DNA of 64,000 nt from Oscillospiraceae bacterium (GCA_015065105.1 SVQZ01000002.1:78811-142810), one strand, 5' to 3'; numbered from the stretch's first letter, positions 26,356 to 38,300 are shown. Notes: a model not told the origin generated them from the sequence alone. Program-made: numbers and translations.

Positions 26356-28097
26356 TGTTTAAATTTAAAAAAGAAGAAAAAACAGACCTGAAGCTACCTA
26401 TAGGGGAAGAGGAAATTCTTCTTGCCCGGCAGACTCTTCAGAAATACAAGAGAGATAAAACAAATCTTGAGCAAAAGATAATTTCAAACGAGGATTGGTG
26501 GAAGCTTCGTCATTGGGAAACGATGCGTAAGGATAAAAATGAATACAGTCCTGCCTCTGCCTGGCTCTGGAACGTCATCGTTTCGAAGCACGCAGAAACG
26601 ATGGATTCCTATCCCGAGCCCATAATACTACCCCGTATGCCTGATGACAGCGAGGAGGCAAAAAAGCTTTCTTCTGTAGTTCCTCTTATACTTGAGCAAA
26701 ACGATTTTGAAAGCGTGTATTCAGACGTTCAATGGTATAAGCTCAAGCAGGGAACGGGAGCCTACGGTATATTCTGGGACGTTGGTAAAAACGGAGGACT
26801 TGGCGATATCTCTATCAAAAAGGTAGATATTCTTTCTCTTTTCTGGGAGGGAGGAGTAAATGATATCCAGGATTCAAAGAATTTGTTTTATGTAAATCTC
26901 TGCGATAACGATACCCTTGTTTCTCTTTATCCCGAGCTTTCCGGGAGAATGGGCTCGGATGCAACGGAGATCGCAAAATACCGTTATGACGATAACGTTG
27001 ACGTGAGCGGAAAAAGTGCTGTGGTCGATTGGTATTATAAGAAGACGGTAAATCAGAGAACGGTGCTTCATTACTGTAAATTCGTGGGAGATACGCTTTT
27101 GTTTTCAACAGAGAATCTTCCGGATCAGTATCCGAACGGTTGGTATGACCACGGCCTTTATCCCTTTGTTTTCGATCCCTTATTTTCTATTGAGGGTACC
27201 CCCTGCGGTTACGGGTATATAGACATTGCAAAGGATACCCAGATGCAGATAGACCTCCTTAGCCGTTCTATTGTAAACAATGCCATGCTTGCCTCCAAGC
27301 CGAGATATTTTATAAGAGGCGACGGTAGTGTAAACGAGGAGGAGTTTGCCGATTGGACGAAGGATTTTGTTCATACCAACGGTAATCTTGCAAAGGACAG
27401 CATTCTTCAGATAGAGGTCAACCCCATCAACAGTATTTACGTTAATATACTTAACCACAAGATAGACGAGATAAAGGAGACTCTCGGAAACCGTGATTCT
27501 GCCAACGGCGGTATAAACAGCGGTGTTACTGCCGCCTCTGCCATTGCCGCATTGCAGGAGGCGGGAAGTAAGCTTTCGCGAGATTCCACAAGAGCGGCAT
27601 ACCGTGCCTACCGTCTCGTTATCATACAATGCGTTGAGCTTATAAGACAGTTCTACGATTTTCCCAGATTTTTCAGAATCATAGGAAAAACGGGAGAAAA
27701 TGAATTTACCTCCTATTCAAATAAGGGTATAACCATCAGGAGCCAGGGCGAGAGCTTCGGTGTGGATATGGGTATGCGTCTCCCCTTGTTTGATATTGAA
27801 ATAAACGCACAAAAGTGTAATCCTTATTCGAAAATGTCTCAAAATGAGCTTGCTCTTCAGTTCTACAATCTGGGCTTTTTCGAGGTGGACAGAGCTCAAA
27901 GCGCTTTAGCTTGTCTTGAAATGATGGATTTTGCCCATAAGGACAGCGTTGTTGCCCGTATAACAGGAAATTATGAAAAAAAGAGAAAAAGTGAGCTTTC
28001 AAGGGCTGTGTTACCTGCCAAAAGGGTGACTCTTCCGAAGGAAGCAAGCGCTGTAGAACGGGCAAGAGCGGTGAGTGCAGAGGGGGTGATACCGTGA
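26352..28097 (+). CDS. Phage portal protein
   Basis: 581 aa directly after terL with overlapping start and stop; size and position are typical of a portal. Confidence 0.7.
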   Translation: MMFKFKKEEKTDLKLPIGEEEILLARQTLQKYKRDKTNLEQKIISNEDWWKLRHWETMRKDKNEYSPASAWLWNVIVSKHAETMDSYPEPIILPRMPDDSEEAKKLSSVVPLILEQNDFESVYSDVQWYKLKQGTGAYGIFWDVGKNGGLGDISIKKVDILSLFWEGGVNDIQDSKNLFYVNLCDNDTLVSLYPELSGRMGSDATEIAKYRYDDNVDVSGKSAVVDWYYKKTVNQRTVLHYCKFVGDTLLFSTENLPDQYPNGWYDHGLYPFVFDPLFSIEGTPCGYGYIDIAKDTQMQIDLLSRSIVNNAMLASKPRYFIRGDGSVNEEEFADWTKDFVHTNGNLAKDSILQIEVNPINSIYVNILNHKIDEIKETLGNRDSANGGINSGVTAASAIAALQEAGSKLSRDSTRAAYRAYRLVIIQCVELIRQFYDFPRFFRIIGKTGENEFTSYSNKGITIRSQGESFGVDMGMRLPLFDIEINAQKCNPYSKMSQNELALQFYNLGFFEVDRAQSALACLEMMDFAHKDSVVARITGNYEKKRKSELSRAVLPAKRVTLPKEASAVERARAVSAEGVIP

Positions 28098-28420
28098 TAA
28101 TTGCAGAGTATGACAAGAGCCGTATAGAGTTAAAGCTTTCGGGTCATGCAAATTATGCCCGCAAGGGAGAGGATATAGTTTGTGCCGCGGTATCAGCCTT
28201 GGCTTTTACCTATGCGGAGCATAACGGAGGTTATACCGAGAATAACGGTGCTATGGTGATCAAGGCAGTAAGCAGAGATCCTGTAGAGGAAAGGATCCTT
28301 GACGTTATAATAGGCGGATTAAGGATGATTTCAAGAGAGTATCCCGACAATCTTTTGATCAAAGAGAATATACAGAGACACGCAGGAGAGACTGCAGAAA
28401 GGAAAGAGCATGAAATATAG
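28094..28420 (+). CDS. Prp-like cysteine protease (ribosomal-processing protease family, phage type)
   Basis: 'SGHANYARKGEDIVCAAVSAL' contains the His/Cys dyad pattern of Prp. It sits between the portal and scaffold genes. Confidence 0.7.
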   Translation: MIIAEYDKSRIELKLSGHANYARKGEDIVCAAVSALAFTYAEHNGGYTENNGAMVIKAVSRDPVEERILDVIIGGLRMISREYPDNLLIKENIQRHAGETAERKEHEI

Positions 28421-29183
28421 ATTCAGGCTTCAGTATTTCGCCGAGGAGGCGGAGAAAAATGAAAATACGGGCGGTAAACCTACCCTTGACGCCGAAGGGG
28501 AAGCAGTGAACATAAAAACTGATTTTGACGAGCTTATACGCGGGGAATACCGCGATGAATACAGCAAAAGGGTTGAGGATATCGTCAAAAACAGACTTAA
28601 GGATCACTCGGAATTAAAGAAAAATCTCGGAGATATCACCTCTGCTCTTACAGAATTAAAAAACGAGCTCGGAATAGAGGCAGAAGGGGTTGACGGGATA
28701 ATCGCAGAGCTTAAGGAGCATATCCGAAAGGAAAAGGGCGACGTTGATGCGAAGGGTGCAGATACCCGTGAAAAAAAGGAGAACGCTCCCCCCTTGGTTA
28801 ATTCGGAGAATGCCGGAAACACTATGGCAAAGCTTTTAAAGGGCTGTGATGAAACAAAGGAATTGTATCCGCAGTTTGATATTAAGAAGGAATTTTCCAA
28901 CCCTGATTTCAGAAGAATACTCAAGCTTACCGATAACGATCCCAAAAAGGCCTTTGAGATACTGCATCATGATGAGATAATAGCCGGCGTTATAAAGGAT
29001 ACGGCAAGAATGACCGAAGAACGTCTGGCGGGCAGTATAGCATCAAGGGCGGCAAGACCGGCGGAGGGCGCTCAAAGCGCCGCAAGTGCCGTTTATATAA
29101 ACCGCGATCCTAAGTCCTTGTCCAAAGCGGACAGGGCGGATATTAAAAAAAGAGTACGCAGAGGCGAAAGAATAGTCTGGTAG
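28410..29183 (+). CDS. Phage scaffolding protein
   Basis: Charged, coiled-coil-rich 257-aa protein immediately upstream of the capsid gene. Confidence 0.55.
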   Translation: MKYRFRLQYFAEEAEKNENTGGKPTLDAEGEAVNIKTDFDELIRGEYRDEYSKRVEDIVKNRLKDHSELKKNLGDITSALTELKNELGIEAEGVDGIIAELKEHIRKEKGDVDAKGADTREKKENAPPLVNSENAGNTMAKLLKGCDETKELYPQFDIKKEFSNPDFRRILKLTDNDPKKAFEILHHDEIIAGVIKDTARMTEERLAGSIASRAARPAEGAQSAASAVYINRDPKSLSKADRADIKKRVRRGERIVW

Positions 29184-29209
29184 CTCTGCGAAAAAGAAAG
29201 GAAAAAGAT

Positions 29210-30454
29210 ATGGAATTAGTTTTTGATATTCAGGCATTTGCCAATGCAAACGTACAGACAACAGCTGCAAACGAATCGGGAAACGATTTAAGTCCCGCAA
29301 TGAAGGAGTATTACGATACTGAGCTTCTTGAAAACGCAAAGGAAGAGCTGTTTTTTAATCAGTTCGGTAAGGTACAGTCTCTTCCCGAGGGTAACGGAAA
29401 GAAGGTAGAGTGGAGAAAGTTCGACACCTTCGGCAAGGCTACAACACCTCTCGAGGAAGGTGTTACTCCCGACGGTAATACAATGAACATGAAGAGTGTT
29501 GAGGCTCAGGTAGAGCAGTACGGCGATTATACCACCGTATCCGATATGCTCGATCTTACCGCCGTTGACGACGTTATCCTCTCCTGCACCGAGGAGCACG
29601 GAACCCAGGCCGGCCTTACCCTTGATACTCTTACAAGAAATGAGATATGCAAGGGCACTAACGTTTCCTTTGCGCCCAGAAACGTTGACGGTGTTGAGGT
29701 GCCCGTCAGCCTCCGTTATGAGCTTGATTCAAGCGCAAAGCTTACCTCCACTGTTGTAAACAAGGCAGTTACCAAGCTTAAGAAGAATAAGACACCCAAG
29801 ATAAACGGCAAGTATATCGCTATTATCCATCCTTCTGTTTCCGAGGATCTGCGCGAGTCCGAGGGCTGGATAGAAGCTCACAAGTACGCTGCTGTTACCG
29901 AGATCTTCAACGGCGAGATAGGTGAGCTTCACGGTGTAAGATTTATCGAATCCAATGAGGCCCCCATATTCAAGGGTGGGGATCTTATTCCCGGTGTTAC
30001 AAGAAATCTCACCGTTTCCTCCGATGTATCTTCTTCCTATACTATCACCGTAGGTACTATCGAGGGTCTTAGCTCTGTAGTAAACAGATACGTGCTTATC
30101 AACGGCGAAAAATACAAGGTTACCGGCTTCAACGGTACAAACAAGATAATTCTTGATGCAGCGGTTACCCTTAAGTCGGGTGATAACATTTATCCCGGTG
30201 AAGGCGGTGCTAAGGGCTGTGCTGTTTACGGTTGTATCTTCTTTGGCAGAGACGCTTACGGAAGAGTTGAACTTTCCGGCGGAGCCATGGAGATGATCGT
30301 TAAGTCAAAGGGCTCCGCAGGAACAGCAGACCCCTTGAATCAGCGTTCTACCGTTGGTTGGAAGGCGGCACACGCAGCGGCTATTCTTTACGAGGAAAGA
30401 CTTCTTCGCGTTGAATGCGGTTCATCCTACAGCGAAACCGACGAGGCTAACTAA
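29210..30454 (+). CDS. Phage major capsid protein (HK97-fold type)
   Basis: 414 aa, 'FNQFGKVQSLPEGNGKKVEWRKF...EGVTP', and its position after the scaffold gene. Strong RBS. Confidence 0.75.
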   Translation: MELVFDIQAFANANVQTTAANESGNDLSPAMKEYYDTELLENAKEELFFNQFGKVQSLPEGNGKKVEWRKFDTFGKATTPLEEGVTPDGNTMNMKSVEAQVEQYGDYTTVSDMLDLTAVDDVILSCTEEHGTQAGLTLDTLTRNEICKGTNVSFAPRNVDGVEVPVSLRYELDSSAKLTSTVVNKAVTKLKKNKTPKINGKYIAIIHPSVSEDLRESEGWIEAHKYAAVTEIFNGEIGELHGVRFIESNEAPIFKGGDLIPGVTRNLTVSSDVSSSYTITVGTIEGLSSVVNRYVLINGEKYKVTGFNGTNKIILDAAVTLKSGDNIYPGEGGAKGCAVYGCIFFGRDAYGRVELSGGAMEMIVKSKGSAGTADPLNQRSTVGWKAAHAAAILYEERLLRVECGSSYSETDEAN

Positions 30455-30474
30455 AAAAGGAGGAAAGAAAGAGT

Positions 30475-30678
30475 ATGAATAAGGCAACCGAAACAGTTAA
30501 GATAAAGCTTCCCCGTATCAGCGGAAAGGACGAATCTGTTTTCGTTTCTGTGGGAGACCTTAATTGGAGGATCCGCCGCGGCTTTGAGGTGGAGATTCCT
30601 CTTTGTGCATATGACGTTTTGCTTAATGCTGAGATCGCAGAGGATAACGCCATTGCTTTTATGGAAGAGGTACTTTAA
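30475..30678 (+). CDS. Small phage-module protein, unknown function
   Basis: 67-aa ORF with a GGAGG RBS, in register with the module. Confidence 0.5.
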   Translation: MNKATETVKIKLPRISGKDESVFVSVGDLNWRIRRGFEVEIPLCAYDVLLNAEIAEDNAIAFMEEVL

Positions 30679-30734
30679 GAACTGTGAGAGGAGGGAGGGC
30701 TTGCCCTCCCTTCTGTTAAAGAAAGGAGTATAAT

Positions 30735-31097
30735 ATGACGGTAGGTGAAATAATCAGTAATGTCGAAAAGCAAAGACCGGGTTGTAATCTGGTCAGATAT
30801 GATTTCATCGATGAAATAAACCGTATAGAGACGGAAATTTATGAAAATATTCTTTCATGTCATGAGGGTGAACATATCTGTTATACGGTTACTTTGGATT
30901 CGGATACAGTCAGCGTTCCCGAAATGTTTTGCGAGCTCTACATTTACAGGATCCTCGCCAAGATAGATCTTCATAACGGAGATATAAAAAGATATACCAA
31001 TAATATGCTGCTTTACAATAACCTTATGAGCAGCTTTACGGATTGGTATAACCGCGGCAATATGCCAAAGCAAAGATCAAAAATGAGGTGGTTCTGA
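30735..31097 (+). CDS. Phage-module protein, unknown function (candidate head completion/adaptor)
   Basis: 120-aa ORF with an AGGAG RBS. Its stop overlaps the next start (TGATG). Confidence 0.5.
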   Translation: MTVGEIISNVEKQRPGCNLVRYDFIDEINRIETEIYENILSCHEGEHICYTVTLDSDTVSVPEMFCELYIYRILAKIDLHNGDIKRYTNNMLLYNNLMSSFTDWYNRGNMPKQRSKMRWF

Positions 31098-33016
31098 TGT
31101 ATTTGCCAAAGCTTGTACAGTACCGCTCCAAGAGACACACCGTAAGCGAATTTAAGGGGATCAACCGTCAAAGGGTATGTGCTGACGGCGAGCTTTATGA
31201 TGCTCTTAATATGTGCAGTAAGGATTTTCCCTTGCTTTCAAGTATGCCGAAAAGTCATATTGTGAAAAGCTTCCCCTATGCCAAAGAAAATAACACCCTG
31301 CTTTTTTATAATGAGGGTGTCGGGGTGGTGTACGGTAACGGTAAGTATTGTACTCTAAATTTTAAGGATGAGGATATTACGTCCTTTGAATTCGGAGAAG
31401 CGTATAACAGCGCAAATATTCTGAATTTCAATAAAAAGACTCTTTTTATAAATAAGGATAAAAGATATGAGTTTGATCCCGAAACGAATACTCTTGATGA
31501 AATGGGATATTCTTTTTTTGCAGAGTATGAAAAGAAGGGATCGGGCGGAAAAAGAAAGCGGGTAAGGCTCAGCTTTGTTTATGACGATCTTTCGGAAATA
31601 GGAAGATTCGGCAGCGGACAGGAGGACAGTCCGTTTCCCTCGGATGCATCGGTAGGAGACTGCTTTGTACGTTATTTAAGCTTTTACCGGCTGGTGTCAA
31701 AGGATTCTCAAGGAGCTTCAAACGAGTGGGATTATATACCTTCACTCCGTCTTCGTGTTGATATAGCCGAGGATCACAGAAAATTCAAGGAGGGTGACTA
31801 TATACAGTTAAAAGGACTTCGATATTGGAAATGGAGCATCAGAAGTCTTCCCGATCTTGAACGCTGTTTTCGTATAGATTCGGTAGATGAAGAGGGAAGG
31901 TATATAACCGAGCCTGTAGCCACCTTTACCGATATGTTCAATATCCTTACCTCATTAAAATTTCCAAGTAACGATATATACGGATATGACGACCCCTATA
32001 TAGATAATGCAGGTAATGATCTTTATCTTCTCGAGGCTGAGATATCCGCAGGAATGCCCGAGCTCGATTTCGTTTTGGGTAATGCCAACCGCGTTTGGGG
32101 GTGCAGTAACGAAAGGGGAGAGATATATGCCTGCGAGTTAGGAAATGCCCGTAACTGGAATGTTTTTGAGGGTATTGCATCGGACAGCTATGCTGTGAGT
32201 GTAGCAACTCCCGGTGATTTTACCGCTTCGGTATCATATCTCGGTACCCCCGTTTTCTTTAAGGAAAACGAAATGATCGTAATAAACGGAAGCCGTCCCT
32301 CAAGCTTTTCCTTACAGAGCTATTCCTACAGAGGCGTAAGCTCCGACTCACCCAACGGGGTATGTGTTGTAAACGATATCCTGTATTATAAGTCGGGAGA
32401 CGGTATATATGCATATTCGGGTTCAAGACCTCTTTGTGTTTCGGAAAAATTAGGCAGTTTAATAAAGGAGCTTTACTCTGTATCCATGGAGGGGGAGGGT
32501 GATCTTCTTTTCCTTTCGGGAGAATCTGAAAATGGCAGCGTTCATCTGGTTTACGATACTAAGCGCAACGTCTGGCACCGTTACAAAAGGGGACACACCT
32601 ACGGATATATCAAATATCCCGATGCTACCCTTGAAATATGCGAGCATGAGGGTATGCCCGTCGCCTTTACTCTTTTTAACGGAATTCCCGGAGAGTTTAA
32701 CGCAGAAGATCCGATTTCGGCAGATACGAAATGGCTTTGGGAAAGCGGAGATATATTTTACAATACGTCTAACCGTAAATACGTAAGACAAATCGAGCTC
32801 GATACAGAAGCAGAGGGTGCAAGTGATCTTTATATCTCCTATAACGGCGGAAGCTATAAGCATATAGGCCGCTTTCCTCCCCACAAAAGGGGTTGCTGTG
32901 ATATTACCCTTTTTCCTTGGCGCTGTGATTATTTCAGAATAAGGATGCAGGGAGAGGGAGATTTTGTGTTATATACGGTAACAAAGGAGATCGAGGAGGC
33001 AGAGGAGAATGGCTGA
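31097..33016 (+). CDS. Large phage-module structural protein, unknown function
   Basis: ~639 aa from the ATG at 31097 (GAGGTGG RBS), translationally coupled to the upstream ORF. I recognise no motif. Confidence 0.55.
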   Translation: MYLPKLVQYRSKRHTVSEFKGINRQRVCADGELYDALNMCSKDFPLLSSMPKSHIVKSFPYAKENNTLLFYNEGVGVVYGNGKYCTLNFKDEDITSFEFGEAYNSANILNFNKKTLFINKDKRYEFDPETNTLDEMGYSFFAEYEKKGSGGKRKRVRLSFVYDDLSEIGRFGSGQEDSPFPSDASVGDCFVRYLSFYRLVSKDSQGASNEWDYIPSLRLRVDIAEDHRKFKEGDYIQLKGLRYWKWSIRSLPDLERCFRIDSVDEEGRYITEPVATFTDMFNILTSLKFPSNDIYGYDDPYIDNAGNDLYLLEAEISAGMPELDFVLGNANRVWGCSNERGEIYACELGNARNWNVFEGIASDSYAVSVATPGDFTASVSYLGTPVFFKENEMIVINGSRPSSFSLQSYSYRGVSSDSPNGVCVVNDILYYKSGDGIYAYSGSRPLCVSEKLGSLIKELYSVSMEGEGDLLFLSGESENGSVHLVYDTKRNVWHRYKRGHTYGYIKYPDATLEICEHEGMPVAFTLFNGIPGEFNAEDPISADTKWLWESGDIFYNTSNRKYVRQIELDTEAEGASDLYISYNGGSYKHIGRFPPHKRGCCDITLFPWRCDYFRIRMQGEGDFVLYTVTKEIEEAEENG

Positions 33017-33185
33017 CAGCTTTTTCAAAAAAATAGACAGAAGAGCAGATCATAAGCAGATGATAGAATATTTCGATTATCTTGCCGAAAGGCTTTCCTA
33101 TATTCTTGAAAATATCGACGAGGAAAATCTTTGCGAGGATCTTTCGAAAAAAATAAAAGGAGAAAACAGCGATGAGCAGAAATAA
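33009..33185 (+). CDS. Possible 58-aa ORF (below the track cutoff)
   Basis: The ATG at 33009 overlaps the stop of the 642-aa ORF, and its stop overlaps the start of the next ORF. 'MADSFFKKIDRR...' is preceded by GGAGGCAGAGGAG. Confidence 0.35.
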   Translation: MADSFFKKIDRRADHKQMIEYFDYLAERLSYILENIDEENLCEDLSKKIKGENSDEQK

Positions 33186-33804
33186 CGATTACTACGTTAG
33201 CAAAAACAAAAGCCCCGCATCTTCATCGGGGACTGCCGAAAGGCCGGAAAAATATGATTCTGAATACGCTTCTCTTGCCAAAGAGGTTATAAACGAATAT
33301 CTTTCGAGAGAGGATTTTGACTATAACGTAAATACCGACAAGATCTATAAGCAGTATGCGGATAAATATAAAAGAGAAGGGGAAAGCGCAATGCGGGACA
33401 CGATCGCTTCCGCTTCGGCTCTTACGGGAGGATACGGAAACTCCTATGCCGTTACTGCGGGAAGCCAGGCGTATCAGGGGTATCTTGAAAAGCTTAACGA
33501 TATTATCCCCGAGCTTGAAAAAAGAGCCTTTGAGAGATATACTGCGGGTGAGAAAAGCATTAAGGACAAGCTTTCGGCATTGAGTGAATTTGATGATGCC
33601 GAATATGAAAAATACAGAGATTCCATGGAGGATTATTTTGAGGACAGGGAGTTCTACGAGGACAATTACCGATACAGAGAGGATGCGGACATGGAAATGT
33701 ATCAGGCACTTTACGATTATATTCTTGAAAGTGAGCAGCTTTCAAACGAAAGACAGAAGATTGCAAATGATTATAAGGTAGGATTACTTAATGCCTATAA
33801 CTGA
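33172..33804 (+). CDS. Phage-module protein, unknown function (Tyr/Glu/Asp-rich)
   Basis: 210-aa ORF with a GGAG RBS; last gene of the module. Confidence 0.55.
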   Translation: MSRNNDYYVSKNKSPASSSGTAERPEKYDSEYASLAKEVINEYLSREDFDYNVNTDKIYKQYADKYKREGESAMRDTIASASALTGGYGNSYAVTAGSQAYQGYLEKLNDIIPELEKRAFERYTAGEKSIKDKLSALSEFDDAEYEKYRDSMEDYFEDREFYEDNYRYREDADMEMYQALYDYILESEQLSNERQKIANDYKVGLLNAYN

Positions 33805-33879
33805 CGTAACAACGGTTCAGACCTGCAGTGAAGCAGGGCATGAAGGCTATGTAAAGCTTTTTGTTCTAATTCCCGATAT

Positions 33880-33910
33880 AAAAAAGAAAAGGAGCGATTT
33901 TTCGCTCCTT
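33880..33910 (-). terminator. Terminator of the ylxM-ffh-rpsP-KH operon
   Basis: 9-bp stem AAGGAGCGA / TCGCTCCTT, with an A-run on the + strand. Confidence 0.7.
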
Positions 33911-34148
33911 ATCTTATATCAACGTTTACTTTCTTACCGCACTGGGTAGCGGCAGCCTTCATGATAAGACGAAGGCTTCTGGCAATCTTGCCATGTTTAC
34001 CGATAACCTTACCCATGTCGGAAGGGTTAACGTTAAGGGTAAGAGTAACTGTGTCACCCTTTTCCTCTTCAGTTATAACCACTTCGTCGGGATATACGAC
34101 TATGGGTTTCACCATGTCGGCAAGGATCGTCTTAAAATCCGCCATCAT
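33909..34148 (-). CDS. KH-domain RNA-binding protein (YlqC family)
   Basis: 79 aa, 'GKVIGKHGKIARSLR' GxxG KH motif, downstream of rpsP. Confidence 0.85.
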   Translation of the reverse strand: MMADFKTILADMVKPIVVYPDEVVITEEEKGDTVTLTLNVNPSDMGKVIGKHGKIARSLRLIMKAAATQCGKKVNVDIR

Positions 34149-34155
34149 CCTTTAA

Positions 34156-34401
34156 TTACTTGATGATATCGGACTTCTTAAGAAGAGACTTAACAGTTTC
34201 GGTGGGCTGAGCGCCGTCAGCGATCCACTTGTTAGCCTTATCTGCGTCGATCTTGATTTCCGCAGGGTTAGTCATGGGGTTGTAGTAACCGATCTCTTCG
34301 ATGAATCTACCGTCACGGGGAGAACGGGAATCTGCAACTACTACACGGTAAAAGGGAGCCTTCTTTGCGCCCATTCTCTTAAGTCTGATTTTAACTGCCA
34401 T
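34156..34401 (-). CDS. rpsP: 30S ribosomal protein S16
   Basis: '[35 protein letters not shown]'. Confidence 0.95.
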   Translation of the reverse strand: MAVKIRLKRMGAKKAPFYRVVVADSRSPRDGRFIEEIGYYNPMTNPAEIKIDADKANKWIADGAQPTETVKSLLKKSDIIK

Positions 34402-34445
34402 TTTGATTTTCCTCCAAAATAAATATATATTGTTTTTTATCTATA

Positions 34446-35774
34446 TCAGAAAGGAAGTCTGAACTTACCTTTTCTTCCGAATTTACCGCTTGATAACTGC
34501 TTCATCATCTTGCGGGTCTGTTCAAACTGCTTAAGCAGCTTGTTTACTTCCTCAACGGTATTGCCGCTGCCTGCCGCGATTCTGCGCTTGCGTTGGAAGT
34601 TGATAATGTCGGGATTATGTCTTTCCTTGGGTGTCATGGAAAGAATAATAGCCTCGACTCTTGAAAGAGCCTTTTCGTCAATTTTTGCATCCTTTAATGC
34701 ACCGGGCTTAACTCCGGGCATCATACCTAGGAGCTGTTCCATAGAGCCCATATTTCTTATCTGCTTGAACTGATCGAGATAATCCTCCAAGGTGAAGGTG
34801 TTTTCTCTCATCTTCTTCTCAAGCTCGGCTGCCTTCTTTTCATCGAAGGTCTGCTCTGCCTTTTCTATAAGAGAGAGAACGTCGCCCATACCCAAGATCC
34901 TTGAAGCCATACGGTCGGGATGGAAGGGCTCGATCATATCGAGCTTTTCGCCTGTACCGATAAACTTTATCGGCTTGCCCGTTACGTGTCTTACCGAGAG
35001 TGCCGCACCGCCTCGGGTATCACCGTCAAGCTTGGTAAGGATAACACCTGTTACGTCGAGCAGATTATTGAAGCTTTCCGCAACGTTAACCGCGTCCTGA
35101 CCTAACATTGCATCTATTACAAGAAGGATCTCGGTGGGATCTACCGAATCCTTGATGTTTTTTAATTCCTGCATCATGGTTTCATCGATATGCAATCTAC
35201 CTGCAGTATCAATGAATACCATATCGTTTCCGTTTTTCTTTGCGTATTCGATAGCCGCCTTGGAGATATCAACGGGATTTGCTTTATCTCCCATTTCAAA
35301 AACAGGTATATCGAGCTGAGCACCAACGACCTTTAACTGCTGGATAGCGGCAGGACGGTAAACGTCACAGGCTACGAGCAAGGGCTTCTTTCCCTGCTTT
35401 TTATACATACCTGCAAGCTTTGCGCTGTGTGTTGTTTTACCGGAGCCCTGCAGACCGACCATCATTATAACTGTGGGAGGTGCAGAGGAGATAGTCAATT
35501 TGGATTGGGTTCCGCCCATTAAAGCGGTAAGCTCCTCGTTTACTATCTTTATTATCATCTGACCCGGCATAAGGCTTTCAAGAACGTCTGTACCAACGGC
35601 ACGTTCGGTAACCTTTTTCACAAACTCCTTAACGACCTTGAAGTTTACGTCAGCTTCGAGCAACGCGAGCTTTACCTCTCGCATACCCTCCTTGACGTCG
35701 GCTTCGGTCAGCTTACCTTTGTTTTTGAATTTTTTGAAGGCTTCGGATAATTTATCTGATAAATTTCCAAACAT
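34446..35774 (-). CDS. ffh: Signal recognition particle protein Ffh
   Basis: 'GLQGSGKTT', 'DTAGRL', 'TKLDGD', and an M-domain with a Met-rich C-terminus. Confidence 0.95.
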   Translation of the reverse strand: MFGNLSDKLSEAFKKFKNKGKLTEADVKEGMREVKLALLEADVNFKVVKEFVKKVTERAVGTDVLESLMPGQMIIKIVNEELTALMGGTQSKLTISSAPPTVIMMVGLQGSGKTTHSAKLAGMYKKQGKKPLLVACDVYRPAAIQQLKVVGAQLDIPVFEMGDKANPVDISKAAIEYAKKNGNDMVFIDTAGRLHIDETMMQELKNIKDSVDPTEILLVIDAMLGQDAVNVAESFNNLLDVTGVILTKLDGDTRGGAALSVRHVTGKPIKFIGTGEKLDMIEPFHPDRMASRILGMGDVLSLIEKAEQTFDEKKAAELEKKMRENTFTLEDYLDQFKQIRNMGSMEQLLGMMPGVKPGALKDAKIDEKALSRVEAIILSMTPKERHNPDIINFQRKRRIAAGSGNTVEEVNKLLKQFEQTRKMMKQLSSGKFGRKGKFRLPF

Positions 35775-35786
35775 AATATTCCTTCC

Positions 35787-36107
35787 TTATGAAAGCTTTT
35801 TCAGCCTTTCGATTATATCCTTCGGATCGGCCTTTCCCGATTCAAGCTGATCTGCAATATCGGAGATCTCTTCCTTCATTTCCTCAAATCGGCGTAAAAG
35901 ACCTAATTTATCTTCAAGATTTTTTAATATTGCTTCACTTTTTACCAATCTGTCACGCACTCCGGGACGGGTGAGACCTGTTATATCCGAGATCTCGCCT
36001 AAGGAAAGATCCTCGTTATAATAAAGCTCAACGGCCTCCCTCTGCTTATCGGAAAGCATTTCTCCGTAAAAATCAATGAGTAAAGACATACTCACATTCT
36101 TATCCAT
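35787..36107 (-). CDS. ylxM: YlxM/UPF0122 putative DNA-binding protein
   Basis: 'LIDFYGEMLSDKQREAVELYYNEDLSLGEI'. I take the start at the internal ATG (MDKNVSM...). Confidence 0.8.
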   Translation of the reverse strand: MDKNVSMSLLIDFYGEMLSDKQREAVELYYNEDLSLGEISDITGLTRPGVRDRLVKSEAILKNLEDKLGLLRRFEEMKEEISDIADQLESGKADPKDIIERLKKLS

Positions 36108-36215
36108 TTCCACGGCATATCTCTCCTTTTTTAGGTGTAAAGCGAAACGCATTACACAGTATATCATAGAGATTTACATTTGTCAATAGTAAAGTTGTAA
36201 ACAAGAGGTTAATAA

Positions 36216-36243
36216 CAAAGGCTCCCTTTCGGAAGCCTTTATA
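36216..36243 (-). terminator. Terminator downstream of groEL
   Basis: AAAGGCT.CC / GGAAGCCTTT hairpin, with a T-rich run on the - strand. Confidence 0.6.
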
Positions 36244-36319
36244 TTTGTTTTATTTCGGGAACTGAATAAACAAGATTCGCTTACTTAACACCCGAAGCGT
36301 GGCTGCGGCAGCTTGCCGA

Positions 36320-37960
<1,641 letters not shown>

Positions 37961-37976
37961 TTAATACCTCCGTAAA

Positions 37977-38285
<309 letters not shown>

Positions 38286-38300
38286 TCAATATTATATGAT

